Positions 39,114 through 52,700 of a stretch of 64,000 bases of DNA are shown here, one piece after another (position 1 is the first letter of the stretch; each line of letters starts with the position of its first letter). A program made the translations under genes and the position numbers. The notes beneath the pieces were generated by a model, which saw nothing but the letters and a program-made list of their open reading frames with translations, did not search any database and had not been told where the DNA came from. Source of the stretch: the human T2T-CHM13v2.0 reference genome, Homo sapiens; the NCBI RefSeq assembly GCF_009914755.1, contig NC_060926.1; one strand, written 5' to 3'.

Positions 39114-42100
39114 AGGTAATGACTTCCATTGTGGAACCTTGGTCCTAAATGTTTCTGTGTACAGGATAATTATTTTGTAATCCTTGCCAAAATTGCAGTT
39201 CTCATAATTCTTTGTGAAGGAGAAAATTTGTTTTAGGCATTTAGAAAACGTATCGATGGCTCTAAATGTCTCCACATAAAATATGCTCATTGTACCACCA
39301 TATACAGAATCCACTTAAATGTCCACAAATAATGAACAAATAAGCTACGTCACATTCATAAAGTCAAATACTATGTAATCTTTAAAAGAATAGTATATGT
39401 ATATATATAAACAATTTTAAAAAGCTTCAAAGAGACATTTGTTTATGACTGGATTTGCAGAGGATTCCATTTTGTAAATTAAATACATTTACATACTACA
39501 GAAGTGGGCTAGAAGCTTACAGAGCAACCTATCAAGAATGGTTATTTTTGAAGAGAAATGACATCTGCTTTATTATTTAAAAACTTGTTTACTAAACTTT
39601 TAAACACAAGAAGCCATCAATAGAATACTAGTTTACGCATTCTGAGGGCAGAGATCTTACTGATTTTAATGCCAGTTTATAACTACTTTATATTTATTTT
39701 AGTGCCTGGGACAGTGTAGTGCTCAATAAATATTTCTTAAATGGAATATGGTAACTTTTTACAAACATTCATAAACAAGAAGGTATCACTTGAATGTTTT
39801 TGAATGAGGAACATATTACACTTATAATACAGATACTTAAAAAAACAGCATTTAAGAATTTACTGATGTGAATATCTACTAGTTGATTGTCTACTCTTGA
39901 AGTTTAAAGCATTTTTAGGAATTTCACATAGCTTTCTTTTTTCCATAAGGAATGCAACTATAACAATTTCTATCATTTACATTTACTTTAAAAATGTAGA
40001 AATCGCTGCCAACCTGAAACTCTTTGGTTGTTCAAATTTAAACTAAGGAAATATGAATTAAAAAAACTAATTAAATAAACAATACAAGCCAGCAAGATTC
40101 TGTGTGACTTACCCAGTTTTTTCCTTCCCTCCACCTTCTGTTGAACCAAAGATAAATCTTACATTTGAAAAACACTTAATACATAGTGATAAATATCAAA
40201 ATATCATTCACTATTTTCAGACCTTACTTGTAATAGGGTAATAACTTGATTTTTAGTAAATCAGAGACCATCAAGTACTGAAAGCCAAAGTTGTTCTTAT
40301 GTCAACACAGGCCAAGGGTAATGAATTAATCTGTCTTACTCTTTGTAAATAATTTGCTGATTAATAAACCTTAACATCACACAATTTATAACATACTGAG
40401 CTTGATTTATTAATGCTTTACTTGAAGAAAAGACTAATCTTTGTGACTACATGTGGGTTGAGTAGGGGTAAGGTATGCAAAAAATCCCTTCTGAAACATG
40501 AAAAAAAACATGGCATATTTATGACTACATTTACACTAGAGCAATCAACTAGATAATTGTTCTATTGTGAACCAACCATTATAATGAAGGTTAATTGCCT
40601 GCGTATGAACCAGAGCCATAAGACAAGTGGGTACCTGGAGTTAAATTGAACATTTGGGTGCCAAGATATAGAGAAACACAGAGCCAACTTTCTGATGAAC
40701 AATCTAAACCTACTATCAAAATCACTGGAGATTTTATTTGGCAATATAATTGTTGTTCTATAAAACAAATGTTAGAATTTAAAAGAAACTAGAAGAAATT
40801 TTCAGTACAGAACAGAAACATAAGACTTAAGCAAAGATCACAAGAAATTAAGAGCCTGCCTGTGTCCATTTTTACTTCCTTTTGCAATTTTTTGAAATAG
40901 AATATATGTATAGAAAAATTCACTAAATGTAAATACGCAGCCCAGTGAAAAACAAATGTGCATACAATGCACCACTCATGTCAAGAGAAAAAATACCTCC
41001 ACGTTCCCTATTAATCTTCTTTTAAAATTGTGGTATTTTCTTCAGCATAGATTTTAGCCTTATTTTGAATATTTTTATTGCATTACAATAAATAACATTT
41101 ATCTGGATTACTTAGCTTTTTGATTCCCCCTTAAATTGTGTGCATGGCCTACATCAATAAGCCCTCACCAACCCCTCCTTTTTTCCCTCTGGAAGTAAGC
41201 GCTATCATAAGTTTTGTAATTACTTCCTTGCTTTTAAAAATAACTGCCACTTATGCATGCATCACTAAATAATGTAAATTAGTTTTGTATGCTGTCAAAC
41301 TTTATGCATATATATCTGTGTATTTTTGTGCACATTGTTGCATTTTACTATATTTTGTCCATTTGATGGCTATATGACAGTCCATTCTTTGAATATACTG
41401 CTATTAATTCTACTAATTGGATATTAGGGTTATATTTATTTGGAGTTTTTACAAATAATATTCCCTGAACATTCTTATGTGTGAGAGTCCTGGTACACAA
41501 TAACAACATTTTTAGGGTACGTAACTAGAAGTGAAAAATGCTCGTCATGAAGTTTGTATATTGTGAACTTTACTAGATACTATGTCCATTTTTAGTGAAA
41601 TGAGATGGATTATAGATGAGATTTTTATTTTAAAAAAATTAGAATCTGGCACTATGCTCAGAGCTATCAATAAGGTTCCACTGAAAGAGAAAATTTTAGA
41701 TTCAATAGAACCTAAAGTAATTAGTTTTAAACAGGAAACAATTATAGGATAATCATTTATTGCCCGCTTTTTATGTTGATTCATATTCAGCTCATTCTAG
41801 AAGCAATGAGAGTTTTCTGTGTGAAAGGACTGCCAAGTCAGGGTCCATAACACACCAAGTATATAGCTGCTGGCCTGTATAATTCTGTTGGCCTAAAAGG
41901 CATTTCCAACTTAATGCAGTTTTCTGCAATTAGTTCATTGAAACTGATGAATATCTTCACTGACCTAGTATAAAGGCATCGCAATCAGTTTCTGTGTAGT
42001 AACTTGGTTCTCCCATGGGCCTGATATACCACTGTATCTCAGGACCAGGCTGTGAATGCACAGAAGACAGAGGCTTCATTTTATTCATTTTCATGTTCTC

Positions 42101-43556
42101 AGTATCTAGTACAATATTTGTTACTTATGTGCTTTAAAAGTGCTTGCGAAATTTATTGAACTGAGAAACCAGTAGTGCTTGGTTTGAAACTCATCCTTAA
42201 TTTACAAGATCAGAAAAAGAAAACTTTTCGTGAGGTTGTGTAATTTATTAACAAGGGCATTTATCCTCCTCTAAAAATATAAATTTGTCATGACCGATGA
42301 AAAACCAATTTCAATATTAAAAGCTATACCAAATTGTTATGCTGCCTGGCACCTAAAATCAGACTCTACAAATAATTTACAAAATTCAAATCTAATCCAC
42401 TGTAGTATTCCCTCCTGTTTCCTCCACTCCTGACAGCACCCAGTATTCTGCCTTGTCTCCATGTTTGCCCAGACAGGGTGCCAAGTCCTCTGGGAGGAAT
42501 GGCTGTCACTCATACCTCCTCACATACACACCAAGGAAGTTGGCTTATGCAGTCAAGTTTGGCCAATGTTGATATGGTTGAAAGGCCCGGAAAGCCTTTC
42601 CCCATTTCTTTTCCTATCTTTGTAGCATTCCTGTTCCTTTGCAGGTTTAATTTCTGTTGAGCTCAATGTTTTGCTCAACAAGTCTCTTACTATTCTCTAA
42701 ATGGCTTTTAAAATGATCACAGAAGGAATTCACAAAATGAAATGCCTCGGGAGTTAATGGAATAATAAGTACTTTCCTTGTCTTAGATGCGGAGGTGCTT
42801 CCAACCAGGAGAATTAAGGGGAGAAGACAAGAGAGGTTTAGGGAGAGGACTCTCTCTGGGGAGTCTAAGTGCTGATGCCTTGTTCAAAGCTTCACCACAT
42901 CTTCTTCTCAGTGGATGAAGGGAACCCAAGGAGGAAATTCACCTGAAAAGAATTCCCTGTGACACTTGGGTGTTTTTCCTGAGAAAAAGCAGACTTCCTC
43001 TTTTTTTCTTCTTCTACCCCACAGTAAGGAGGAGCTAGACAACTTTGGCAGGACATTACTAAGATTTGAATTTCTGTATTATCTATCATCTACATTCTCT
43101 AGATATTCTGCACTTTTTTTTGGTTTAACCTATAAAACTCTTCCCTAAGCCTCATATATGTTAGTAACTAATCATGGCAAGAGCTATGACTACAAACTTG
43201 TAGGTTCCTATCACTAATGTACCTTTTTTGGAACAGGAAGGTGTTTTCCAAAGAGTCTTTCTCGAGGTGCTAACATAATCTCTTAAAATCAGAGTCCAGG
43301 GTATTCTCTATATAGTTATGTAAGAATGAACAAAATTCATGTTCTGCAACTGGCCCATGTTGTGGAAAATAGACCTGACATATTTTTCAAGTACATGTAA
43401 GACTCTGGAACTCTTTCAGCTTATACTTCAAAGACACAGAAGAGTAACTTTGGGAACCCTATTTAGATTTACATGCTAGAAAAATTTTTCCCTAAGTATT
43501 AGTTTGACAATGGTGACAATAAACCCACTGTCACCCATCTGATAAAGAAGACTTAC

Positions 43557-43733
43557 CCTTTTCAATTTGGCAGCAGCCTCTCCCGAACGGATTGCAGTCA
43601 GCAAACTCTGTCGCATCTGTTCTGGGTCAGAGCTTTGGAATGTTAAAGAACTTTGTCTCATAACAGTGAATGATGGGCCATCAGTTGGAGTTGGTATTTG
43701 GGAATTCTGTTCATTATGTGCAGAGTTATTTTC
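43557..43733 (-). CDS. COBLL1: COBLL1 penultimate exon (177 nt), WH2 actin-binding domain
   Basis: Acceptor tttgtAG|GAA, donor AAAAGG|GTaagt. Reads [59 protein letters not shown] (WH2 helix plus LKR of LKRV). Confidence 0.96.
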
Positions 43734-45604
43734 CTACAAAAATAAATGTGAAATATTTATATGAATGCCAAGAAAAGAATGGGCCATTTTTTGCAAAACA
43801 TTTTCATCATCAATAGTTCTTTAACAATCACCATTTGCCACACTGGTGTTTCAGACACAGCTCTGTTTCCTCACCCACTGAATTATCTCTGCTGCCAGAG
43901 CTAAGCTGGAAGATGAGGGCATTATTCTCTCTTGAACTCAGGAAGCCAAAGAAGAAAAGTGGTACCACTCTTTGCTTCATAAATACAGTGGTAATTTTAT
44001 TGTTCTTGAGTTAAATACTGCTGACTTCACCAATACACAGAACTGGTTAGAAAAGCCAAATTAAGATTTTAAAAAATACTGCAAACTAAAAAATGACCCA
44101 TTTTCATGGTTTCAACATACCAGGCTATGAAATTACTATTTTTAAATGAGCAAAACAGTCAAATAGACAATGTCATATTTGTTGAATCTAATATATCTTC
44201 TAATAAAGGAATACTAATTACTATGCTACACTTAGTAGCTTATTTTGTGTTTCTGGAAGTCACATGGACTAAGTGCTAATCATGTTTTATTTTTTGCCAT
44301 GAGAATCAATATAAAAAATTAGGAACTTCCAAACTGAAGACTAAAAAATTTAATTACGCTTCTCAGGAAGGAATATTTAGTAACTGATGTAAGTGGCATA
44401 TGTTATCAAGTAATCTTAAATGTCTTTTTCAAACTGCCAAATACGTATCTTTACCAAAAAATGAGCCAAACAGGGCTCAGGCAATGACTTAAAAGCTTTA
44501 TTATCTAAACCAAGCTTCCATTGTTTAGGAATGGTATTCTATTCCAAGAAAAATCACAGGCTTTGTGCCCAAGTAAAGAATTAATCTTTGTATCATACTT
44601 CTATTCCTGATGCTATATCAAAGTAATAAACATAAATGTAAAATACATGAAAAATATTAAGATAAATGTTGTTATACAATTATGGAAAAATATTTACTTG
44701 GCAATATGGTTAACATTCTTTTGCTCTAGGAATGTTTGAAAAAGTAATATTAAATACTTCTGGAACTGTCACACAAATATGAATGTATTCTTTAAACACT
44801 ATCAGAGTAAGAGTACACAAAGTATTTCTTTAAAATTGCATGAGGATTATCATAAATCATGCTGTGAATTTCATCTTCTCCTTTGACTCTATTATCTGAA
44901 GCTAGCAAAATACAACATTTAGTTGACCAAACACTAAGTCAACAACATTCCTTTATGGTAAATATTTAAGGTTAGATAGTGGTTAGATAACAGTTTGGTC
45001 AACATACATATTATAGTTGAAAGTTGACACTGAATTAACAAAATGGGGAATTAAGAAAATTACATTTTAAAACTCTGCTTTCAATGTATTTATATGTGAA
45101 AATGTACAATATATGCAAGCTGAAGTTGAGTGTATATGATGGAAATCACATAGCTAAGAGATGCTCAGTTATTTTGTCTAGCCTCTCATACTATTATTTT
45201 TCCATTTCATTAAGACTATTTCCTTTACTATTACATAGTAATGTAAAATTGGAGAATAAACCAGAAGATTTAGACAAGTTAAAAACAAATTAAGATAACA
45301 CAGGAAAATAGAACCATTAACTAGTAAATATATCATACAAATGAGCAAAGAAACTTTAAAACATTTGCTAATGACACAATTATATAATGATGACCTTACA
45401 GTAATACCTAAACAAGTTATATAAGTTATAATTGTGAGCAAATAATCAGATTTTATGTATCACCACTCTCTTCACTACAATAGCTTAATTTCAGATGAAT
45501 ATGAGTTCAGAGTTAAGTAGCACACAAACATCAACATGCTTGTTAACCCCCATTAAACCATGTCATTAAATTTGAATACTTATTTTTAAAAAGGCTACAG
45601 TTAC

Positions 45605-47172
45605 CTTATCAGACACACCAAGCTGTGGGATGTCCACAAATTTATTTACAGAATGAGTCTTCCCTTCCTCTGTGTTGGCTGGAGGTTGGACCAATGCACT
45701 GGCACTAGGTGACTCGGTGCGCTCTTTACTGAAAGACTGTGACCTTTTCACTACAGCAAGAGCAAACGGTGAAGGACCAGAACTTGAGTATGGTCGTGGG
45801 GCACCAAAAGTTTTCAAAGTCTTCAGATTTTGTGTGGATACCTGACTAGCAGGAATTGTCACAGGTTTTGGAGCTATGGGAGGAGGGGAGGCTTCAGCAG
45901 GAGCCTGACCGATGACATCATCATCAGTTTTTTCAACAAGGGGTTGTGGAACAGAGTGAGGCATTTTACTTAAGGGAGAAAGAGTCTGCTCCGGAGAAGG
46001 CAGCATATCCCTTTCTGCCTCTTTATCTGTCAGTTCTTTTGGAGCAGGATTAGGGGCAGCATGGACACTCTTGGCAGCTGCAGATGTCACATAGTGACCC
46101 GATACTCTCTTCTGCATCTGCAAAAAAAAAGAGCTGGGTTTGGCCTGGGCATTTGAAGCCCGAGATTTAAATTTTGATTCCAAAATATTGTTTATTTCTT
46201 CCAAATTTGGTGCAAAAGGAGCTGTGCCAGTGTCTCTTGTCATTTTGGGAGCAGGTTTCAGAGGACTAACCATGGCATCATCAGGTGAGCTCACAGAACT
46301 GGGCACTTGATGCTCTGTTCTCAGGTTAGGCTTCGGTTTAAGGTTTGGCAGTGGCTCTTCTGGGCTTTCAGAAATAGCAGAATCTTCTGTTTGGATGGCA
46401 GTTTCTTTCACATTCTCATGAGTGTGCTTTTTCCCTAAAGCATGCATGTCCTGATCATCTTTATACTCTATGGTTTCTGATTGCCAGTCTTTCGATATTT
46501 CCAAGGATTTGGGAGGCACTATTTTATAAGTAGTCATGCCAATTTTGGGTATATACTCTCGTGTAATTTCATTTGAAGGTTTTGGCTTGGGATTGTAGTC
46601 CTGTCTATAAAGTGGGTAATTCTTTAGGTAAGAAGCAGTGGAATTTTTGTCAATCCTATCTACAGGAGGCAAAAGATCATCATTACCATGTGCACAAATT
46701 GGATCTTTTACGGTAAGCGGATCTTCTGAATGTATAATTAGGGTGCCTTGACTCCTGAATTCCCTTGAGGTATTTACAGAATCTTGTGAACTTAAGCATG
46801 AGTGTTGAGTTGATATGTTGTTATTTGAAGTTTGCACACATTCTTCAACTTTGGAGTCAGATAAATTATGATCTTGGTGTTTCCCATCAAAACTGTTACA
46901 AGAAGGGGTTGTCTGAATTGCTGCATCTTTTGTCTTTTCTGCACTGGGTTGATTCAGTTTTTGATCTGGTACTGATGAAGCTGCTAGATGGTTTTCCTTG
47001 TAACTTATAGCAGTATCAGTTTCATGTGCCTCAGAGTTTGATGGTCTCTCAACTTCCATATCAATGTTGTTATTTTTGGCAACACCTTCTACATTGATTT
47101 CTGTTTTCTTCACTCCATTTTTCATATTGTCTTCTGTGTTCTCTGGATAGACAATTATTTCATTTTGAACTA
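45605..47172 (-). CDS. COBLL1: COBLL1 large coding exon (about 1568 nt)
   Basis: Contains most of the 519-aa ORF 45566..47125, including [15 protein letters not shown] and [13 protein letters not shown]. Acceptor ttctctcAG|TAG|TT (tandem), donor GATAAG|GTaact. Phase 1 to 0. Confidence 0.97.
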
Positions 47173-50100
47173 CTGAGAGAAAAAATCATCAAGTTAAATA
47201 TATGAAAGAAGTAGAAAACCTCAAGTTTTTAATGCCTACTTTCTCCAACCTGAAATAGTTTGGTTTGAATTCTACAGATAATTTTCAACTCACTGACTAT
47301 ATAAAGGTAGGTAGTAGCATACAGAGAAAACAGTACGTGCTTTGGATTCATACAGACTGAAGTTTGGAATCCCTGGCTTAACTAGTGTGGCCACAACATG
47401 TTAATTAACCCCTTTGAGCCTCAGTTTGCTCAGACATAAAAAGGTGAAAATATTTATATTATATGTGTATCATTTAGATAGCATGCTCATTAGTATATTG
47501 ACCAGAATAAACACTCCATAGAAGGTAAATAAAAATAAGTTTTTACTTCTTAGAAGATGTCATTCAGTCATTGTTCATGACAAAAAATAGAAATTGACAA
47601 ATTCAAAAACTGTATTTTTCCTCTATTTTGACTGTCTTTTCTATAGCCCCTAGCATATTTATATTTTCATACCTAACATTAAAAGGAAAAGAATCCCAGC
47701 AAATGCAGTTTTAATGAAGGCCTTAACAGAAAACATTAAGATTTATAGTAAAAACAGAATCTCAGTTGATTTTCTTGTTAACTAGGTATCTTTGCTGAAG
47801 GCTGTTAGAGGACTTTATTTTTAGTTATAACATGGGTGATTTCAATGACATGAAATCAGTCATAATGGTTTTGATTTTTCTCTGTTGGAAATAGGCATCC
47901 TTATTCTACAGTCAGAGTCAAAATCAAAGTAGAGAAAATAACCTTCCTCTCCCTTGCACTACTTTTCCTCTTGATTCTAATTCAGACCTCCTGAAAACAA
48001 AACTCATTTGCCAGTGTCTAGGTTAACAGAGCAACAGCTTCCAGTCAACAACATGATGGCAAAGCACTGGCAGGAGGCATGTGGAAGGAAACAGGGTTTG
48101 GAGTCTGCACCATGTGCCCAGTACCGAATTAAGTCATTCCTCTGCTCCTCTATTCAAATGCCCTGAAGAATCATGCTTCCTGCACCATCACTGTGCTTAT
48201 CTTCAAAACCCTAGTGGCCTTTTCACATATGGCAATAGTTTGCACAGCACAAGTTAAATGTGAGCCTTGGGGGTCAAACTGTGAAATTATGTCAAGTTAT
48301 TTCTCTATAGTTTTATCATTACCCACTATTACCTATAAGAATGAGATGAAGTACACTGCCTAAAATGTAATAAGCTATATTATATAGTTTCTCTCTTAAA
48401 AAAAGAAAAAGAAAAAAGATATGCATGCAGAAAAATATCATGTTAGGTAAATTTGTATACAATTTAAAAACATATCTTCACATTTTTAAACTCTGCCTGA
48501 TTGCACAGTTATTTGGTTGTGGCAGTTAATATTCTATATTGTGTTGCCAGATTCCTATATTAAACATGTAATTTTAAAATGGAACTCATTTTTATTCTTC
48601 CCAGATAAAATGCAACTGAGTATCAGAATACGTACCATCTACTTAGGTGAATTCTTTTCTCAATGACCAATTATTATTAACTATTTTGATTTACAAAATT
48701 AAAGACCCATGTTCTTAGGAACCATAGAAGAGGCACATTTCTGCCTCTGCTCTCAATTTACTTGGTTCATAAGTATTTTTCAATGTTCATATGAAAAACA
48801 CTATTTTGAACAGTTATAAGCATGAAAGAATTTAAGAAACAATCTCTGGCAGCAGGAAATGAGTCTAAATGTATTTCCTTCTTTCTTTCTTATTTCTAAT
48901 TTTCCACTGAGTATATGTATTTCCCAGAAATATTTTCCAAAAGAAAGAAAGTCAATGTAAACATATATTTTAAATTGAATCCCCGTTTAAAAACCCTAAT
49001 TTATTGGTTTTAGAATTATAAGTCTCTCTTTTTCATATTTTTGGTAGGTTACACCTACTTTACCATTGTCTAACTCTGAATTTCTTCTCAACATTTCATG
49101 ATCATTTCCAGTGATTGGCAGTCCTGGAAACTCAGAATACATCCTCATATACAACTGACAATGATGTTAACCAAGTGTTTATAAATGGCTAGATCATTTT
49201 CCAAGAATGGCCAGTAGAGGGAGAAGGTATCTTTTATACTATAGTGACCCTCTACTCAAAAGTGACACTGACATTGACAAACTTACAAGAAGGTGATTTA
49301 GATAAGGGTAGGTAAAAAGGAAAACAGAATAAAACTACTTTAAGAATAATAGACATTATTTACTTTAAAAAACAACTAGAGTTGACAAAAGTCGTAGCAA
49401 AACAAACCATATGCAAATCAAAGTACTACGTAAATGTACTTGTGACTCTGGCACTAACTTGACAACAAAAGTCTTAACAAAAATGATTCAACTTGACTAT
49501 TGTTTTAAAGAGAAAGAAGCAGCTTTTAAATCATAATTTCTCAATAGGAATGCTATTGCCATCACAGTACATGCTGTGAAAAACTGACTCAAGTGGAAAA
49601 GAATGAAAAAATTATTTGCTTTTAGACCTTCTCAGTATGATATCTCACAATGGTATTGAATGTGGGAGAAAATGAATCAGTAGCACACATAATCAAGTTA
49701 ATGAACACATACCACACACATACAATTATATATATATATATAATTATATATATAAGTATGACATTGCGATTATCTATGTCTTATTCAAATATGAATACTA
49801 CATCCTAAGTTTTCTAAATATCTTAACCTAGTTTTCTAGATTAACATAATAGATTGGACTATGAGAATTCATAAGCCACTTCCTTCTTAACCCCTTAAAA
49901 CACCATTGAGTATTTTTTGAATTTTCTATTTGCATAGGATTGTTTTTCTGAAATTCAATACTAAGTACATATTTTATGAGTATCTCAGGATTCTGTTAGG
50001 TGCCATGAGTAGTGCAAAGTATCACATGTAATTTATCTAATCCAAGACTGCCTAATTCAGTTGAGGAATCATAAATATAGAACCGCAAAGCTTCTAATAA

Positions 50101-50745
50101 TCAAGTAAAAACATGAAATGATATGATTTGGATAAAAATTGAATGGGTAAAATAGATGAAAAATTGTCTTTCAGACAAAGACAACATGAATATATGCCTT
50201 ATGATATAGAAATAAGCAAATGACATCATGAGAAAAAATAAGTTGTGCTAATATGAGGATGGGAACTGGGAAACAGTGGTAAATAAGGTTATATTATTAG
50301 ATGATTTGGGCCTTGAAAAATCAGGCAGAAAAGTTTCATCCAAGGAAGTTAGATGGAAAAAAAGAGAAACGGATCGCAAATAGATACACAGAAGAAACAT
50401 TTTTAAGATCCAAAGTCTAAATTAGATAATTCTATGTTTTAACAACAAAAGTAGTACACATGGTAGTTAAGGGCACACTCTAGAGCAATATTGCCCCAGT
50501 TTAAATCCTAGGTTCACCACTTACCGTAGTAGTTGTGAGACCTCAGGTGAGTTATTTAATATCTCTGTGGCACAATCATCTGTAAAATGGAACTAAAAAT
50601 AATAGTACCCATAATATCCATAAATGAGGTAGGTATTAAGTGAGTTACAGGAGATTAAATGAGTTAATACATATAAAGTGTTAAGAACTGTCCTTGGCAC
50701 ATAATAAAAGTAAGAAAGTGTTGGCTATTAATTTATATAACTCAC

Positions 50746-50840
50746 CATTCTCTTGGTTTGGGCCCAACGACTTCAAGTTTCTTATACTGTCAACTACCTT
50801 CTTTCCATTGCTTGTATCATATACTACACTGTGTGGTTCT
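50746..50840 (-). CDS. COBLL1: COBLL1 coding exon (95 nt)
   Basis: Acceptor tcttccAG|A, donor GAATG|GTgagt. Phase 2 to 1. Reads (Q)EPHSVVYDTSNGKKVVDSIRNLKSLGPNQEN. Confidence 0.95.
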
Positions 50841-50883
50841 CTGGAAGATACGACATTGTATGTTATATGTTGATACTATTGAA

Positions 50884-50921
50884 ACACACACATACACACA
50901 CACACAGACACACACACACAC
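50884..50921. repeat. Interrupted (CA)n microsatellite, (TG)n in the pre-mRNA, about 45 nt upstream of a COBLL1 acceptor
   Basis: Read directly from the sequence. Confidence 0.93.
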
Positions 50922-51862
50922 AATGAGAAACAGGCAATAATTTCCAAAGACAGATGGACTAAAATAATCATTTATTTCTGCCAAACATCGGAAATTTAAT
51001 AGCAGAGAAAAAATATAACTGAGAAGAAATGCTGCTATGAAACATTAGCTTTCATGTGGTGGTCCCATTAAAAAGAAAGAAGCTTGGTAAAATAGACACT
51101 TTTCCAAAATAGTGGCTTTATTTTGCTATTATCATTTATTTGCCTTTTAAAGAAAAAGGAAATTAAATGAAACATTTTAGTTTTTCATCTGGCAAGGTCA
51201 ACTATATAAATAAGAATGTAGATTGACCTCACTGATCTTTTTTTCCCTTTGGTGGTAGAATAGTTTAATAAGGAGACAATCTCATGCAAATTATAATAAA
51301 CGTCTGACATATATGGTTTATTTTGCTTGGTTGATTTCATCTTTATCCATGTTGTTGCATTTCAAACCTAAGTGGACTAGACTATAGCTGTCTGTTTCTA
51401 GAATAAAGCAGAAAGTACATTCTCTGTTTCATAAAGTTGACTGCAAAGATAATACTCGTGATTTAACATCATATTCTAATATGCATAATTGTTTTCATAT
51501 ACCAGTGAAAATCCACCAGGAATACTTGGTAAAAATTGAAAATTAAATATTACATATAGGTCACATAGGTTAACAGGCAAAACACCCACACAAAGAAAAA
51601 TTTTCATTTTTGAATCACACAAACTATTTCTCATGGTTTATCTGACACAGGGATATTAGAACTGTCACATTTGATTTTCTTTGAATGTAATTACATGCAA
51701 ATAAGTACTTCATTAATAAACATTCTTATATAATGGTAAAAAGGATAAAGTCAAAACCAAAGGGCTGACTATATTTATGTTTAAAATATCAGATCTATAT
51801 TTCAGAAGACTAGTATTAATTAAACTAACGGCCACCAACACTCCAGCACAGAGACTACTTAC

Positions 51863-52097
51863 TGTCCATCTGTGCTTTTAGTTTCTTGTTTTTCTTCCAT
51901 GGAGTTTTGTGAGAACTCTCCACTACCATTGCCAAGGGCTGAGTCAGGATCATTTTTCAGTGTATTTATTATATCAGTAGATACAAAAGGAATATCTTGT
52001 GACTTCGGAGAAATATTTTCAGCTTCAACTTTAGGCACTTCACTCAGTTCTTCCTTTTCATCTATCTCTTCAAGGCTATAATCAGAGCTTATTCCAG
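51863..52097 (-). CDS. COBLL1: COBLL1 coding exon (235 nt)
   Basis: Acceptor tttgtAG|CT, donor GGACA|GTaagt. Phase 1 to 2. Reads GISSDYSLEEIDEKEELSEVPKVEAENISPKSQDIPFVSTDIINTLKNDPDSALGNGSGEFSQNSMEEKQETKSTDG. Confidence 0.95.
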
Positions 52098-52129
52098 CTA
52101 CAAAGAAATGCAGATATAATCCTAAATAT

Positions 52130-52160
52130 TAATTTGCCTCATTCATCATATGCAATTCTG
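52130..52160. promoter_or_regulatory. Intronic octamer-like (POU) site, candidate adipocyte enhancer element
   Basis: atttgcctcattcatcaTATGCAATT contains octamer-like words. It matches my recollection of the sequence around rs6712203, which I could not verify here. Confidence 0.5.
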
Positions 52161-52544
52161 GCAAGGAAGGAATTTTGAAAAATAATAATTAGCTGGACTC
52201 TTTTAAATTCTGCCTCAAAAATAATAGTGAAGTTCTTTCTCCTGGTGAGCAGTCACGTTAACATAAAACCAGATTATCTCAGACTCATAATTCCCAAAAC
52301 AATTTGCTATCACTCTAGGTTTTATTCATGGTAGAGACAAGAGGTTATTTAATCTCATAAACTTTAAGTTAAATATTTCATTTAAGAAATGTCTTACAAT
52401 TGAATGGTTTTTACACTCATCCAGCAACTCAATAGTGCAAATTAAAGGCAAATTAATAATTTTAAAAGTGAAAATGAAAAGCACATGAGATTTTTGTATT
52501 GTCTACAAGGGCACTCATAAAATTTGACTCAATAGTTATTAGTA

Positions 52545-52700
52545 CCAACTATACTTGAGAATTACCTGAGCCCCCTTTAAAAATATTGAGGCTCACACCC
52601 TACTCCACAAAATCAGAATCTCTGAAGGGTGGGGCAAGGGATTTTTAAGACTACTTAGATGATTCTACTATGCAACCTCAGTTAAAAGCCACTGACCTAG
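52545..52700. mobile_element. MER5-like MITE remnant
   Basis: gaattacctgag...cagaatctctgaagggtggggc...gatgattctactatgcaacc.cagtt.aaagccactgacctaga. Confidence 0.6.

Noticed and set aside
45566-47125. 519-aa ORF as a standalone intronless gene
   Set aside because: It is an internal COBLL1 exon. The ATG is internal, and the last 13 codons ([12 protein letters not shown]) are intron read-through past the donor at 45604. I saw no canonical poly(A) signal immediately downstream.
49715-49756. AT-palindromic tract as a special structural element
   Set aside because: Adequately explained as a short interrupted (TA)n microsatellite.
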